From sequence record PZ452594.1: a DNA stretch of 64,000 nt; one strand, written 5' to 3'. Origin of the DNA: a phage. Each line of letters starts with the position of its first letter. Position 1 is the first letter of the stretch. Positions 37,484-47,389 of the stretch are shown here, one piece after another. A program made the translations under genes and the position numbers. Under the pieces are notes generated by a model. That model saw only the letters and a program-made list of their open reading frames with translations, was not told the DNA's origin and did no database searches.

Positions 37484-39166
37484 TTAAACCATTACAGTAA
37501 ATCGACCAACTTTCTTCATTTGAAGATGCTGACCATATTCTTGCGGGTCATGGTCTTTATGTGAAATTATAAAAACATTAGTGTTTTTCATTGAATTTAT
37601 AATATTAGCTACACCTTTAATACCTTCGGCATCAAATGACCCATCAAACACTTCATCGAGTATTAATGTACTAATACTAACACCAGATACAATAGAAGCA
37701 ATATCACGCCAAGTAAATAAAAGAGCAATATCAATTCGTGCCTTTTCACCTTCACTAAATGAAGCATAACTAAAATCTTCACGACCACGGGATTTAATTG
37801 TCTCATTAAATTCTTCATCTAATGTAAACACATAATCCGCTTCCATTATTTTAAGATAATGGTTAATCTGCTTATTAAATAATGGAATGTACTTTTTAAT
37901 AATAGCACCTTTAATACCAGAATCTTTGAGCATATCAGTCAAAATTCCTCGGTGGTATTTTTCCATTACTAAATTAGTTTTTGTCTTAACAATTTTATCA
38001 AGTTCTTCTTGAAGCAGTGCTATTTCATCGGCATGGTCAATAAACTCAGATGATGCTTTTTCTATAGCCGCTTTAACCTTTTTAGCTTTATCTACCGTCG
38101 TGATTAGAGATTGCTTTTTATTGCGAATATCATTTGCCAACGACTGTTGGGTTTTAATATTATCTCGGTATTCATCAACAAGAACTTTTAAATTATCACG
38201 ATGTGTTGAAAGCTGTTCAAATGAATGTGTGCATTCAGAAACTTTATCTTTAATTTTAGAAACAACTTTATCACCGGAACTTAATTGTGACAAACAGGTT
38301 GGGCATAATCCACCTTCGTGATACATATTAATGACTTTATTATACGAGTCAATTTTTGATTTAATTAAAACTGCTTCTTGACCGATTTTATTAAATGCAT
38401 CAGTCGGATCTTCGTCTAAAACAATATTAACTAATCTTTCATTAGCTTCTTCTATTTCCGATTTTAGCGTTCTAGCTTCTTTTGCCAAATCATCATACAT
38501 ATTCTGCAAACGAGTAAGATTGTCACCCGTTAATTTTTTCTGGCGTTCAACGTTATCATTATATATTTTAATTTGTTGGATAATACTATCTTTTTTAACA
38601 TCAAGCACTTGGTTTTGTGAATTTAATTCACGTATTAGTGCTTTATTAAGCTTATCCATTTCAGCTAATGTTCCTACCTCGAGCAGGTCTTCCACAAGCT
38701 TTCTTCGCGCAGGGGTCGACAAACCCATGAAAGGGGTATACCCTGCTGTACCAAGGACAACAATCTGCTTGAAACTGGCATATGACATTCCGATAAGCTG
38801 TTCAAATTCTGCTTGGAAATCTTTACTGCTGGCAGATTCATTAAGACGTGTACCGTTAACGGTGATTTCGAAAACGTTTGGTTTTTGTCCTCTTTTGATA
38901 TAGTACTTTTTCTCATCATATTCCATCCACAGTTCAACTAAAAGTTCTTTCTTATTTGTGCTGTTTATTAATTGACCTTTCTTTACATCACGAAATGGCT
39001 TACCAAAAAGCCCAAATGTGATGGCTTCTAACATAGTAGACTTACCACCGCCATTTCGTCCAGTAATAAGAGTTTTTTGAACCTTATCTAATTGAATGTC
39101 AACTCCATTTTGACCAACTGACATTATATTTTTATATTTTACTCTATTAAGTTTAAATGATTTCAT
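37484..39166 (-). CDS. 46: recombination endonuclease subunit gp46 (Rad50/SbcC-like, 560 aa)
   Basis: Walker A GRNGGGKST, central coiled coil with CPTC zinc hook, C-terminal signature/Walker B; recognised as T4 gp46. Confidence 0.93.
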   Translation of the reverse strand: MKSFKLNRVKYKNIMSVGQNGVDIQLDKVQKTLITGRNGGGKSTMLEAITFGLFGKPFRDVKKGQLINSTNKKELLVELWMEYDEKKYYIKRGQKPNVFEITVNGTRLNESASSKDFQAEFEQLIGMSYASFKQIVVLGTAGYTPFMGLSTPARRKLVEDLLEVGTLAEMDKLNKALIRELNSQNQVLDVKKDSIIQQIKIYNDNVERQKKLTGDNLTRLQNMYDDLAKEARTLKSEIEEANERLVNIVLDEDPTDAFNKIGQEAVLIKSKIDSYNKVINMYHEGGLCPTCLSQLSSGDKVVSKIKDKVSECTHSFEQLSTHRDNLKVLVDEYRDNIKTQQSLANDIRNKKQSLITTVDKAKKVKAAIEKASSEFIDHADEIALLQEELDKIVKTKTNLVMEKYHRGILTDMLKDSGIKGAIIKKYIPLFNKQINHYLKIMEADYVFTLDEEFNETIKSRGREDFSYASFSEGEKARIDIALLFTWRDIASIVSGVSISTLILDEVFDGSFDAEGIKGVANIINSMKNTNVFIISHKDHDPQEYGQHLQMKKVGRFTVMV

Positions 39167-39181
39167 TTTGTATCCAATTGT

Positions 39182-40036
39182 TCACAATGAAGAAAATTCT
39201 TTAACTAAAGCCTGTAATGAAGCCTCTATTGGATATCCATTCTTAACTAACATTTTCCTAAACATTACATGTTTAGGACGATTATATGATATCCACAATT
39301 CATACAATTTATCTTTATTATCCCAATGATAGCCTTTTCGTCGAGATGCTATATGAGCTTTTCTAATCTCCGGATTTTTCCAACTAGCAGCTACTGAATT
39401 TGATATAGCTATTTTATATTCAGGTTTTGATAAAGCAGCACGAACAGCCTTTTGGTGTTTAATTTTATTTTCTTCGTTATTAAACCATTCCCTTGAAGCC
39501 ATTGAAATTTTTTGTTTTGTTTTAAAATTATTTAATCTTTCTTTATTATCTTTCCTATTTTTTGCTACTGAAAAATATTTTAATGCCCTTTCTCTAGCAG
39601 CATTTCTATTTTGCGGATTTGAATAATACTGTTGAAGCCTTTTTGATATTGTGTCACTTACATCTTGTTTTATAAAACTATATTCAGCAGCTATTAAATC
39701 AACTTCGGCTAAAGATAAATTTTTATATGTTTTTCCTGACATCATTCTATTTAAAGCATTTAACATTTTTCCATTTTTACCTTTTGCTAATAAGAAGTGT
39801 GCTTTAAAATGATTAAAATGACTTAAATTAACTAAATTCCATGTAGATTTTAAATATTCAGGAAATATTGATTTAGGAAGCACGTGGTGTGCTTCCGTTT
39901 TACCTGGAGTTTTAACAGTTGAATTCACAGAAATAAAATTAATGTAAGACTTGGCGTCTTCTTCACTCAACGCTAATTTTTCAACTAATTCCTTTATTAA
40001 AAATTCATCATTAATGTCAAGTTTAAAATTCTTCAC
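39182..40036 (-). CDS. HNH-family homing endonuclease-like protein (284 aa)
   Basis: HNH motif EAHHVLPKS...NLVNLSHFNHFKAH; basic C-terminal region; GTG start; lies between 46 and 47. Confidence 0.6.
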   Translation of the reverse strand: MKNFKLDINDEFLIKELVEKLALSEEDAKSYINFISVNSTVKTPGKTEAHHVLPKSIFPEYLKSTWNLVNLSHFNHFKAHFLLAKGKNGKMLNALNRMMSGKTYKNLSLAEVDLIAAEYSFIKQDVSDTISKRLQQYYSNPQNRNAARERALKYFSVAKNRKDNKERLNNFKTKQKISMASREWFNNEENKIKHQKAVRAALSKPEYKIAISNSVAASWKNPEIRKAHIASRRKGYHWDNKDKLYELWISYNRPKHVMFRKMLVKNGYPIEASLQALVKEFSSL

Positions 40037-40248
40037 AAAAGATTCCTTTTAATGTATCTTTTAGACCATTCTATCATATCATCATAATCTAAAAAGTATT
40101 CATCAAATTCAGCCATGCAAACAACACCTTGTGCTGTTTTTGATGTAATATAAATTATTCCAACATATCTAGAATCTTCTTCGGTATAATCAATGTTTGC
40201 TATGAATTCATCATTAATGTCAAATGTCGAAAACTTCACAGTATGCAT
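40033..40248 (-). CDS. hypothetical protein (~71 aa)
   Basis: Track ORF 40033-40296; start moved to ATG (MHTVKFSTFDINDEF...). Confidence 0.4.
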   Translation of the reverse strand: MHTVKFSTFDINDEFIANIDYTEEDSRYVGIIYITSKTAQGVVCMAEFDEYFLDYDDMIEWSKRYIKRNLL

Positions 40249-40483
40249 CCTTAATACAAGATACAGCCATATCTCGTAATGATTTAGGTGTGTCATTATC
40301 TAAAATGTTGAAGTTAAAAGATACAGCCCAGTCAGTGCAGACCGTGACCTTTTTAATACAATTATCTTCAACCTCTAACGGTTCAAACCAATATTCAATA
40401 ATTTCTTTATGCCCAATATCATCTTTTACTTCGCATTCAAAATGCTGACTCATCATAACATTTTTAAATTCATCAAAAGTCAT
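40220..40483 (-). CDS. hypothetical protein (87 aa)
   Basis: ORF track; ATGA overlap with gene 47 stop. Confidence 0.45.
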   Translation of the reverse strand: MTFDEFKNVMMSQHFECEVKDDIGHKEIIEYWFEPLEVEDNCIKKVTVCTDWAVSFNFNILDNDTPKSLRDMAVSCIKDAYCEVFDI

Positions 40484-41499
40484 TGTGTTGCCTCTACATA
40501 TAACTGATTTGCATATTGAATAAGTGCTTCACGGTCAGAATCAGTGATGTCTGGAATTGCATTAATGTATTCTTCCATCAACGTCTGAAGCGATTGAACT
40601 TCAACTTCTTCACTGTCATCTGACTCGACAGAGTTATCAATCTTTGACACAACTCGTAACGAATGCACAACTTTTTCTAGTTCAGATTCGAACTTCGTCA
40701 GATTTTTGTCTACTTCAGTTACTATAACACGTACTGATAGATTTGTAAAATCTTTATAGTCAATTTTTCCTTTAAATGGATAATGAATTCTACGGTGCCA
40801 GGTAGTGTTGTTTGGAATAAATTCCATTCGTTCTGTTTCTGTATCAAACATCCAGAACCCGCGAGGGTCATTCTCGTCACCTGCTGTTAGTGTCCATGGT
40901 GTCCCAATATATCTGACGTTTGCAGCCTCAGAAATAGTATGGAAGTGACCAGACCACACTTCTTTATAAGTCTTAAGGAAATCAGGTTCAAGACCGTGAG
41001 ATTTCATTCCTTTATAAAAATAAAATCCATTCAGTTCCCAGTGACCAACACAAAAAGAAGCAGATGAAGTTTTGATGTGTTCAAGAATTTCACCAGTATT
41101 TTCTTCGCACATCCAAGGAATTAAATCAATCAAACATCCGTCAAAATCTACTGTAGTAGGCTTATCATATACTTTAACATTGGGATATTTAGCCAAAAGC
41201 TCAGTAGAGGCATTTGGAGTTAAAGTATTTTTAAAGTGCATATCATGGTTTCCTACAACAGTATGTAGGGTAATACCAGCATCATCAAGCATTTGAACTA
41301 TTTCACGAGCAAACTCCATAGTTTTATGCGTGATTGCTTTTCGCACATCAAAAATATCGCCGTATTGAATCCAGGTAGTAATTCCATTTTTCTTAGAATA
41401 TTCTATTGCTTGTTTAATTCCATCCAACTGAATAGATTGAACCCACTCATCATCGGCTTTAACGCCTAAATGCCAATCACCTAAATTTAAAATTTTCAT
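40480..41499 (-). CDS. 47: recombination endonuclease subunit gp47 (Mre11/SbcD-like, 339 aa)
   Basis: Phosphoesterase motifs LNLGDWHLG, GNHD, GHFH; recognised as T4 gp47. Confidence 0.93.
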   Translation of the reverse strand: MKILNLGDWHLGVKADDEWVQSIQLDGIKQAIEYSKKNGITTWIQYGDIFDVRKAITHKTMEFAREIVQMLDDAGITLHTVVGNHDMHFKNTLTPNASTELLAKYPNVKVYDKPTTVDFDGCLIDLIPWMCEENTGEILEHIKTSSASFCVGHWELNGFYFYKGMKSHGLEPDFLKTYKEVWSGHFHTISEAANVRYIGTPWTLTAGDENDPRGFWMFDTETERMEFIPNNTTWHRRIHYPFKGKIDYKDFTNLSVRVIVTEVDKNLTKFESELEKVVHSLRVVSKIDNSVESDDSEEVEVQSLQTLMEEYINAIPDITDSDREALIQYANQLYVEATQ

Positions 41500-41634
41500 A
41501 TATCAAGAACCGTCATTGAAATGCAAAATAAAATTATTGAAATAAATCCATCTGGAGTGCTAAAGAACCCAATCCAACATGCTCTAGTGAATAGATAAAA
41601 TGCAAGAAAAAGTATCACATATCCAAGAAATATC

Positions 41635-41659
41635 ATTATATCAAACTCCGTATAAAGCT
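41635..41659 (-). promoter_or_regulatory. MotA-dependent middle promoter upstream of gene 47
   Basis: Minus sense aGCTTTA (MotA box), 12-nt spacer, TATAAT (rc 41635-41640); adjacent to CUUCGG hairpin 41660-41677. Confidence 0.45.
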
Positions 41660-41675
41660 AAAGGGCCGAAGCCCT

Positions 41676-42878
41676 TTATTTTGTAATAATGTCAAACTGT
41701 TCTTTAAAGCAGAAGCTTGAATCTTGATGCTGATACAAAAATTCATACGCTTTTTCTCGCTCACGGTCATAAAGAGCTCGGTCAGATGACAGTTCTTTAA
41801 TACGCTCGAATGTTGATTCCATATCATTTTCATCAAACCAAATGATACCGCTATCATGCGAGGTCAAAGGAGTATTATCAACACGGAATTTTAAATTTTC
41901 GCCAGTAGATTTCCAAAATACCGGAATTGTTCCACATGCACCAAGCTCGAGATGAGTATATTCTAAAGAACGTTGTAGATATTTTTTATCCAACTTACTC
42001 AACTGATAACCAAATCCGGATTTACTCATGCGTTCAAGCATTTCGCTATTTACATAACGGTCAAGAATTTGCGTTGGCAAATTAGGAGCAATTTTAATTT
42101 GGTCTACTTGATGAAGACGATAATATTCATATGGAATTCCCTTTTCTTTAATAGGAATGAACGCTGGAGAACGTTCCAGACCTTCCATAATAGTACTTAG
42201 TCCTGCAGGTTTAAGATGTTTTTCGTGAAAATCAAACATCTGATAAAAACCTTTCCATGTAGTCGTACGACCAATCCAACGGTTAACATTCATGTTAATT
42301 TCAGAAACATCTTTCCAGTATGTTGATCGAACCTTCGCAATATCCATAGGAGGCTGAAAGTTGTATACGGTCGGTGCTTCTTCAATATCATCAAACAGAG
42401 AAACTGTTTCTGGATACCATTCTTTCATCAGAACTTTATTAAAATCGCCATTATCAGAATGACTAAAAATAACATCAGCTCGACGAACAGTTTCTTCTAA
42501 TCCCAAATTTCGGCGCAAAGAAAGAGAAGAATGGTCATGTTGATAAACTACAACACGAACCGAAGGTTTAATGTTATCAATAATTTTTTTATAGTTATTA
42601 ATAGTGTCTTCTTCAACCGAAGTAGCAGGAACTGAATTGATAATTAGAATATCACAATCATTTACCAGCTTAAGTGTTTTATCGTATTCTTTTGCCAATA
42701 AAACCGGAATTGAAAATGATTTATAATCATGCGCGCAATTACGAGTAAATGATTTATCTTTAGCATAAACCAAAGTTACTTCATGACCATTTTTAATAAA
42801 CCAATCACGTTGCTCAAGAGAAAATTTAGTTACACCGCAACCTTCAAGACCTCGAGCCATAAAAATACATACTTTCAT
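41676..42878 (-). CDS. agt: DNA alpha-glucosyltransferase (400 aa)
   Basis: MKVCIFMARGLEGCGVTKFSLEQRDWFIKNGHEVTLVYAKDKSF... recognised as T4 alpha-gt; 400 aa. Confidence 0.92.
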   Translation of the reverse strand: MKVCIFMARGLEGCGVTKFSLEQRDWFIKNGHEVTLVYAKDKSFTRNCAHDYKSFSIPVLLAKEYDKTLKLVNDCDILIINSVPATSVEEDTINNYKKIIDNIKPSVRVVVYQHDHSSLSLRRNLGLEETVRRADVIFSHSDNGDFNKVLMKEWYPETVSLFDDIEEAPTVYNFQPPMDIAKVRSTYWKDVSEINMNVNRWIGRTTTWKGFYQMFDFHEKHLKPAGLSTIMEGLERSPAFIPIKEKGIPYEYYRLHQVDQIKIAPNLPTQILDRYVNSEMLERMSKSGFGYQLSKLDKKYLQRSLEYTHLELGACGTIPVFWKSTGENLKFRVDNTPLTSHDSGIIWFDENDMESTFERIKELSSDRALYDREREKAYEFLYQHQDSSFCFKEQFDIITK

Positions 42879-42944
42879 TTAATATCCTCTTTGTTTTGGT
42901 TTATTTTACCAAAAATTTATAAAGCAATATAGGAGCCGAAGCTC

Positions 42945-43061
42945 CTATCCGCATAATACGCCATACAGAGGCTCATTAGAACTTTTAAATTTTATGCGCT
43001 TATATTTTATAGTTCCTTCTGCTTTAGCTTTATCATGAGACTCTTTAAAGAGTCTCATCAT
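42945..43061 (-). CDS. small ORF (38 aa) whose start lies in a 24-bp perfect palindrome
   Basis: Hand-translated MMRLFKESHDKAKAEGTIKYKRIKFKSSNEPLYGVLCG; SD AGAGGAA; palindrome 43035-43058. Confidence 0.3.
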   Translation of the reverse strand: MMRLFKESHDKAKAEGTIKYKRIKFKSSNEPLYGVLCG

Positions 43062-43121
43062 TTCCTCTTTAGAGGAACGAATTTTATTATAATCTATTTC
43101 AGAAGTCTGGGTGTTCATCTT

Positions 43122-43328
43122 TCATAACTGCCACCATTTTTTGACTTGATAAGAATCAACCCACACTTTCATATTAGGGTCTGCTCTTACAATAGGAGGA
43201 TTAACTTCTTTAATTGAACTATCATGGTATTCTTTTTCAGAAATTTTCACACAAAGATGACCATTCAAAGATTCAGTAAATCCTGCATTAATTTTAAGAC
43301 GCTTGAATTTTACGTGTGTAAGCATCAA
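43122..43328 (-). CDS. hypothetical protein (68 aa)
   Basis: ORF track; between 55 and alpha-gt. Confidence 0.45.
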   Translation of the reverse strand: MMLTHVKFKRLKINAGFTESLNGHLCVKISEKEYHDSSIKEVNPPIVRADPNMKVWVDSYQVKKWWQL

Positions 43329-43611
43329 TCATATCCTCAATTTGCGATCTAGTAGTCTTCCAAAGAATACTAATGAGTTCATCGTTATATGGCTGTTTTA
43401 GAATATCCCGACTTTTCTTGATAGCATATTCGTATTGAGCAAAATTATTATTTTCAGCTGCAATCTGAGCGTGCTTATAAAGACGATTCAGTTCGCGTTT
43501 GTTTTTAGACAATAACTTATTTGCTTTTCTTTCTGCTTCAAGACGGTTCTTTTCTTCAATAGAAGAAATAAGCTTTTCCACTTCATCATTAATTTCGGGT
43601 TTATCAGTCAT
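43294..43611 (-). CDS. hypothetical protein (105 aa)
   Basis: ORF track. Confidence 0.5.
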   Translation of the reverse strand: MTDKPEINDEVEKLISSIEEKNRLEAERKANKLLSKNKRELNRLYKHAQIAAENNNFAQYEYAIKKSRDILKQPYNDELISILWKTTRSQIEDMIDAYTRKIQAS

Positions 43612-43612
43612 A

Positions 43613-43831
43613 TTATTTCTCTAATATAAAATAAAAATCATCATCTGTTAAATGATACCGATAGTTTAATTCTACACCATTAGATTTAAAAGCGGTATCA
43701 TACGGATTTTCTGGATCAATATCAATGTCAAGAGCTAAAACTTCCCTGAGATACATTTTAAGTAAATAGGGAATAGCTTCAACTTCAGGTATTTCTTCCA
43801 AGAATCCGGAGAGGTTAATCGTTAGCCTCAT
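43613..43831 (-). CDS. hypothetical protein (72 aa)
   Basis: ORF track. Confidence 0.5.
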
Positions 43832-44372
43832 ATAAAAAATCCAAACTAGGAGAATCGTCTACAACACTTTTCTTTTCAGCCCCCGGTGTTCTATAGGTTG
43901 ATTCTTCGTAATGCGTCATTTTATCATAGATGTCTTGAATAAAAGTTTCATCTACTAACGCAACCATATCGTCGTCACGACTGTCATAGACATTGTGAAC
44001 GAAGTAACTGTATTTCTTTGCAACTTCCTTACGTTCTTTTTTAATACGTTGGACGAATGCATTAAAACAAGCTTGAGTTATATATGCATGCGGGTTTTTA
44101 TATTTCGTTTCATCAAAATTATGAAGCCCCTTAATAGAAGCTTCTATACCATCTGCAATCATTTCTTGTTTCCAAGATTGGGTGTATCCTGAAAAGTTGA
44201 AACGTTTAGATAAGCCTTCTGCAATAAGCATAATGGCTAATCCGATAGTATCATTCTGACGAACTACTTTATTTGGGTCTTTATTATTTGCTAATTCTGT
44301 TTTCCAATCAATAATAGCTTGTAAAAGCTCTTTATTGTTTACGTAATTATATTTAGGCTTAGTTTCTGACAT
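43815..44372 (-). CDS. 55: late sigma factor gp55 (185 aa)
   Basis: [35 protein letters not shown]... recognised as T4 gp55; start at ATG with SD GAGGTGAAA (track adds 2 codons from GTG). Confidence 0.9.
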
Positions 44373-44450
44373 TTTCACCTCTTAGCTCAATTCATAGATC
44401 TATTATATCATAATATTTGAAGATCTATCTTAAAGCATAGAGGATATCAG

Positions 44451-44720
44451 TTATCTAAGTAAACAGTATGCTTGGAACACTTTCTCCATCATCTTTTTAA
44501 ATTCATGAATATCTATATAATGACTAGTTAAATCAGCATGATATAAAAAGTCTAAAAACTTTTCATGTGTGCTAACATATTCACTTTCATTTAATTCAGA
44601 AACATGACTTTCCCAATATCCAACACCAGTCTTATTTGGGAAAAATGAAATTTTCATGTATTGGTCAACATAGAAAATGCCATAATTTTCAATAGTAATA
44701 GAAATATTAATAAATTTCAT
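44451..44720 (-). CDS. hypothetical protein (89 aa)
   Basis: ORF track; 55.x region. Confidence 0.45.
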   Translation of the reverse strand: MKFINISITIENYGIFYVDQYMKISFFPNKTGVGYWESHVSELNESEYVSTHEKFLDFLYHADLTSHYIDIHEFKKMMEKVFQAYCLLR

Positions 44721-44932
44721 ACATTCATCAACTTAGCCGCTTCAAGAGCTGCATCTAGTGAATCAAATTGATCAACATATTCAATCAATTCGCCGTAATT
44801 GGCATATAACCACCATTGGCTAAATTCATACTCAAGGATGAATCCGTTTCCTTCAATTTGAGTTAAACCAATGCCATTTGTATTTACTTCATATCCAGCA
44901 AGACGCAAATCGTTAATAAGAGCTTCGTTCAT
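44717..44932 (-). CDS. hypothetical protein (71 aa)
   Basis: ORF track; ATGA overlap. Confidence 0.45.
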   Translation of the reverse strand: MNEALINDLRLAGYEVNTNGIGLTQIEGNGFILEYEFSQWWLYANYGELIEYVDQFDSLDAALEAAKLMNV

Positions 44933-44934
44933 AA

Positions 44935-45261
44935 TTATACCTTAGTAATTTTCAGGTCTGCAAATTTTTTCTTGCGTTGATTTTTCATGCGACGAATAGT
45001 TTTATCGGAAATTTCATGCTTTTGATAAGCTTTAGATTCTACACCAAAAGCTTTAACATCAAATTCTGACAAGATATATTGAACCAACAATTCACGGACA
45101 GTATTGCGTCCAATCTTCTGATCATTCTGTTTCATCGTCTGATGAAGCTCTTTTTCCCATTTATCCAAACTTTGAGGAGTTACAATATCGCCTTTTTCTA
45201 GCAAAGAAACTACTTTATCATATGCGTAAGAATTAATGACGTTTTTAATTTGAATAGTCAT
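44935..45261 (-). CDS. hypothetical protein (108 aa), basic C-terminus
   Basis: ORF track. Confidence 0.5.
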   Translation of the reverse strand: MTIQIKNVINSYAYDKVVSLLEKGDIVTPQSLDKWEKELHQTMKQNDQKIGRNTVRELLVQYILSEFDVKAFGVESKAYQKHEISDKTIRRMKNQRKKKFADLKITKV

Positions 45262-45313
45262 ACATTATCCTCAATTACGTTAAAATTTTATTATCCAAAA
45301 AGGGCCGAAGCCC

Positions 45314-45514
45314 TTAGCTAAACTTTTTGGCACCCTTCCAGCCTTCATACATCATTGCGGCTGATATTAATATTGCTCCTGAGCAACTTGAATATTTGTG
45401 ATTCCAAAACCAGTTTAGAAAAACTTCATCATCAATACCTTGAGCTATCATATTTTCAAAGAACTGACGACGAGCTTCGGCAATTCGCTGCGATAATTTA
45501 GATTCAGGATTCAT
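45314..45514 (-). CDS. hypothetical protein (66 aa)
   Basis: ORF track. Confidence 0.45.
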   Translation of the reverse strand: MNPESKLSQRIAEARRQFFENMIAQGIDDEVFLNWFWNHKYSSCSGAILISAAMMYEGWKGAKKFS

Positions 45515-45646
45515 TTAAATTTCCCAATTACCATTTTCATCAATAAATTTAATCCAATCATTTACTGACCACTTGGTCGTATCGCCTTTTGGAGCAACAT
45601 TTAAAGTGTATAATCCTTGCTTAAAAAGCATGCGTTTGATATTCAT
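45515..45646 (-). CDS. hypothetical small protein (~43 aa)
   Basis: Track ORF 45515-45730; start moved to ATG with SD GAGGAAAAT, which removes overlap with upstream ORF. Confidence 0.4.
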   Translation of the reverse strand: MNIKRMLFKQGLYTLNVAPKGDTTKWSVNDWIKFIDENGNWEI

Positions 45647-45653
45647 ATTTTCC

Positions 45654-45947
45654 TCAGCTGTAACGATAGCACTCATTTGATTTACGTTTAGCAACTCGTT
45701 GAGAAGTATTATAATCAAAATCATCGTCAATATAAACTGATTTTTTCAACTTTCTTACTTCACCGCGTAATTGGCGATTTAGCTCATCTTTAACTTCTGA
45801 ATCAATGCCTTTCATTCTACGCCATTTATCAGAGCGAAAAATGTTTTCAACCATATCTTTATGACTTACACCATCAGGAGCTTTACGCTTTCCGAAATAG
45901 TCATAATCACGTACTTTTAAATCTTTACGACGATACGTTTTACCCAT
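45654..45947 (-). CDS. hypothetical basic protein (~97 aa)
   Basis: Track ORF 45654-45992; start moved to ATG (MGKTYRRKDLKVRDYDYFGKRK...). Confidence 0.45.
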   Translation of the reverse strand: MGKTYRRKDLKVRDYDYFGKRKAPDGVSHKDMVENIFRSDKWRRMKGIDSEVKDELNRQLRGEVRKLKKSVYIDDDFDYNTSQRVAKRKSNECYRYS

Positions 45948-46122
45948 GGAGTTTAATTTCCTTAGCAACTGAACTAAATACAGCACGATCACAAATCATG
46001 CGTTTATGTAACTTGAGTATAATATAGCAAACTTCAAAACTATTTACATGAGTAACACGAACAGCATTACCATTCACGAGATAATACTGTCCCTTTTTAA
46101 TTTCTTTATCAACCACAACCAT
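45940..46122 (-). CDS. hypothetical protein (60 aa)
   Basis: ORF track; downstream of early promoter 46153-46182. Confidence 0.45.
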   Translation of the reverse strand: MVVVDKEIKKGQYYLVNGNAVRVTHVNSFEVCYIILKLHKRMICDRAVFSSVAKEIKLHG

Positions 46123-46152
46123 ATCAATTCCTCAAAGGTAATTCATATGTTA

Positions 46153-46182
46153 ATAATATCATGGTTTGAACTTGTTGTAAAC
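46153..46182 (-). promoter_or_regulatory. T4-type early promoter
   Basis: GTTTAC (rc 46177-46182), 18-nt spacer, TATTAT (rc 46153-46158). Confidence 0.4.
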
Positions 46183-46280
46183 AACTTTGTGAAAAATATT
46201 TTAGGGAATGTTAAGAAAGGAACGATAGCTTAGAATGGTAATATACAGAATGTGAGAAAGAAAGGCCCAGAGGGCCCGTC

Positions 46281-46589
46281 TTAATCTTCTATGATATCTC
46301 TATCATATCCAAGTGAAATGAGAGTTTCTTTGAAGTGTTTAATGTTCTTTTGTCTAGAATCATTAATGAAAATGACCGGATAACGAATGTTAAGAGATGT
46401 GAATCCAGCGCGTTTAGCAAGAGATACAATCAGTGGACGATCATACTCAATCTTACCGTTATTTGTAAGAACTTTATAGAAAGTAAAAGGAGCATTGAGC
46501 TCCTTTAGAAGTTTTGTAACTGATTGACATCCAGGACAACGACCTACTTCATCTGGAATTCCATAGACTTCAATCTTATTTTGTTTCAC
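46281..46589 (-). CDS. nrdH: glutaredoxin-like protein NrdH (102 aa)
   Basis: Redox motif CPGC near N-terminus; position upstream of nrdG/nrdD. Confidence 0.65.
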   Translation of the reverse strand: MKQNKIEVYGIPDEVGRCPGCQSVTKLLKELNAPFTFYKVLTNNGKIEYDRPLIVSLAKRAGFTSLNIRYPVIFINDSRQKNIKHFKETLISLGYDRDIIED

Positions 46590-46591
46590 AA

Positions 46592-46828
46592 CTATTCCTT
46601 ACTAAGAGCAGCATTCAGCTTGTTAGTAATTTTATCTAGACGCTCATTGAATTCGCTAGAAGATAGTCCTTTTTCTGGAGAAATCAAACTAATCACGAAA
46701 AATATAGCAATAAAAGGAATAAGGAAAATAGCTCCAACTGCCATAAACAAAAAGAATGTTACGGTTGTAAGAAAATCAGCTAAACCTTTACGAAATTTAT
46801 ACATATTTACCCTTAATTGATTAACCAA
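46592..46828 (-). CDS. small membrane protein (78 aa)
   Basis: ORF track; hydrophobic stretch FLTTVTFFLFMAVGAIFLIPFIAIFFVISLI. Confidence 0.45.
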   Translation of the reverse strand: MVNQLRVNMYKFRKGLADFLTTVTFFLFMAVGAIFLIPFIAIFFVISLISPEKGLSSSEFNERLDKITNKLNAALSKE

Positions 46829-46918
46829 GCATTGATAAGCACTAAACTATACTGCGAATAAAATTCTGGACCAAAATGAAAAATCATATCATTTATAGTA
46901 TCCATAATATAATTCAAT

Positions 46919-47389
46919 TTAATCATGTTTCCACACCCCATCGGTATTTGACCAAAGTCGCTGATTATCTGATCCTCGCCACAGCTTTTTAGTCGGAAGA
47001 TTTTTCTCATACTTCCCATCAATAATAACATCAACATATTTAAGCATTTCTAGTTGTTTAATATCTTCAAATTTATATCCTGTCCACAACCAAATGCTTT
47101 TATTGGGATAAAGATTTTTTACTGTTTGAACCACAGAGTGAATCACGTCTCTGTTATCAGGATAAAGAGGGTCACCTCCGGTTATAGTTAATCCTTCTAT
47201 ATAATCATTATTCAAACATTCAATCAATTGTTCTAGTGTTTCACCAGTAAATGGAATACCATTTCTAGCATTCCATGTTGATTTATTATAACACCCTTCG
47301 CATTTATGCAAACAACCTGTAACGAAAAGAACGACCCTGCAACCAGGGCCATTAACAAAATCGCAAGGATAAAATCTATCATAATTCAT
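46919..47389 (-). CDS. nrdG: anaerobic ribonucleotide reductase activating protein NrdG (156 aa)
   Basis: Radical-SAM CxxxCxxC (CLHKCEGC); ATGA overlap with nrdD. Confidence 0.9.
   Translation of the reverse strand: MNYDRFYPCDFVNGPGCRVVLFVTGCLHKCEGCYNKSTWNARNGIPFTGETLEQLIECLNNDYIEGLTITGGDPLYPDNRDVIHSVVQTVKNLYPNKSIWLWTGYKFEDIKQLEMLKYVDVIIDGKYEKNLPTKKLWRGSDNQRLWSNTDGVWKHD

Noticed and set aside
41636-41857. 73-aa minus-strand ORF overlapping the 3 prime end of alpha-gt in another frame
   Set aside because: Entirely nested in alpha-gt coding sequence and across the terminator hairpin; no independent start signal.
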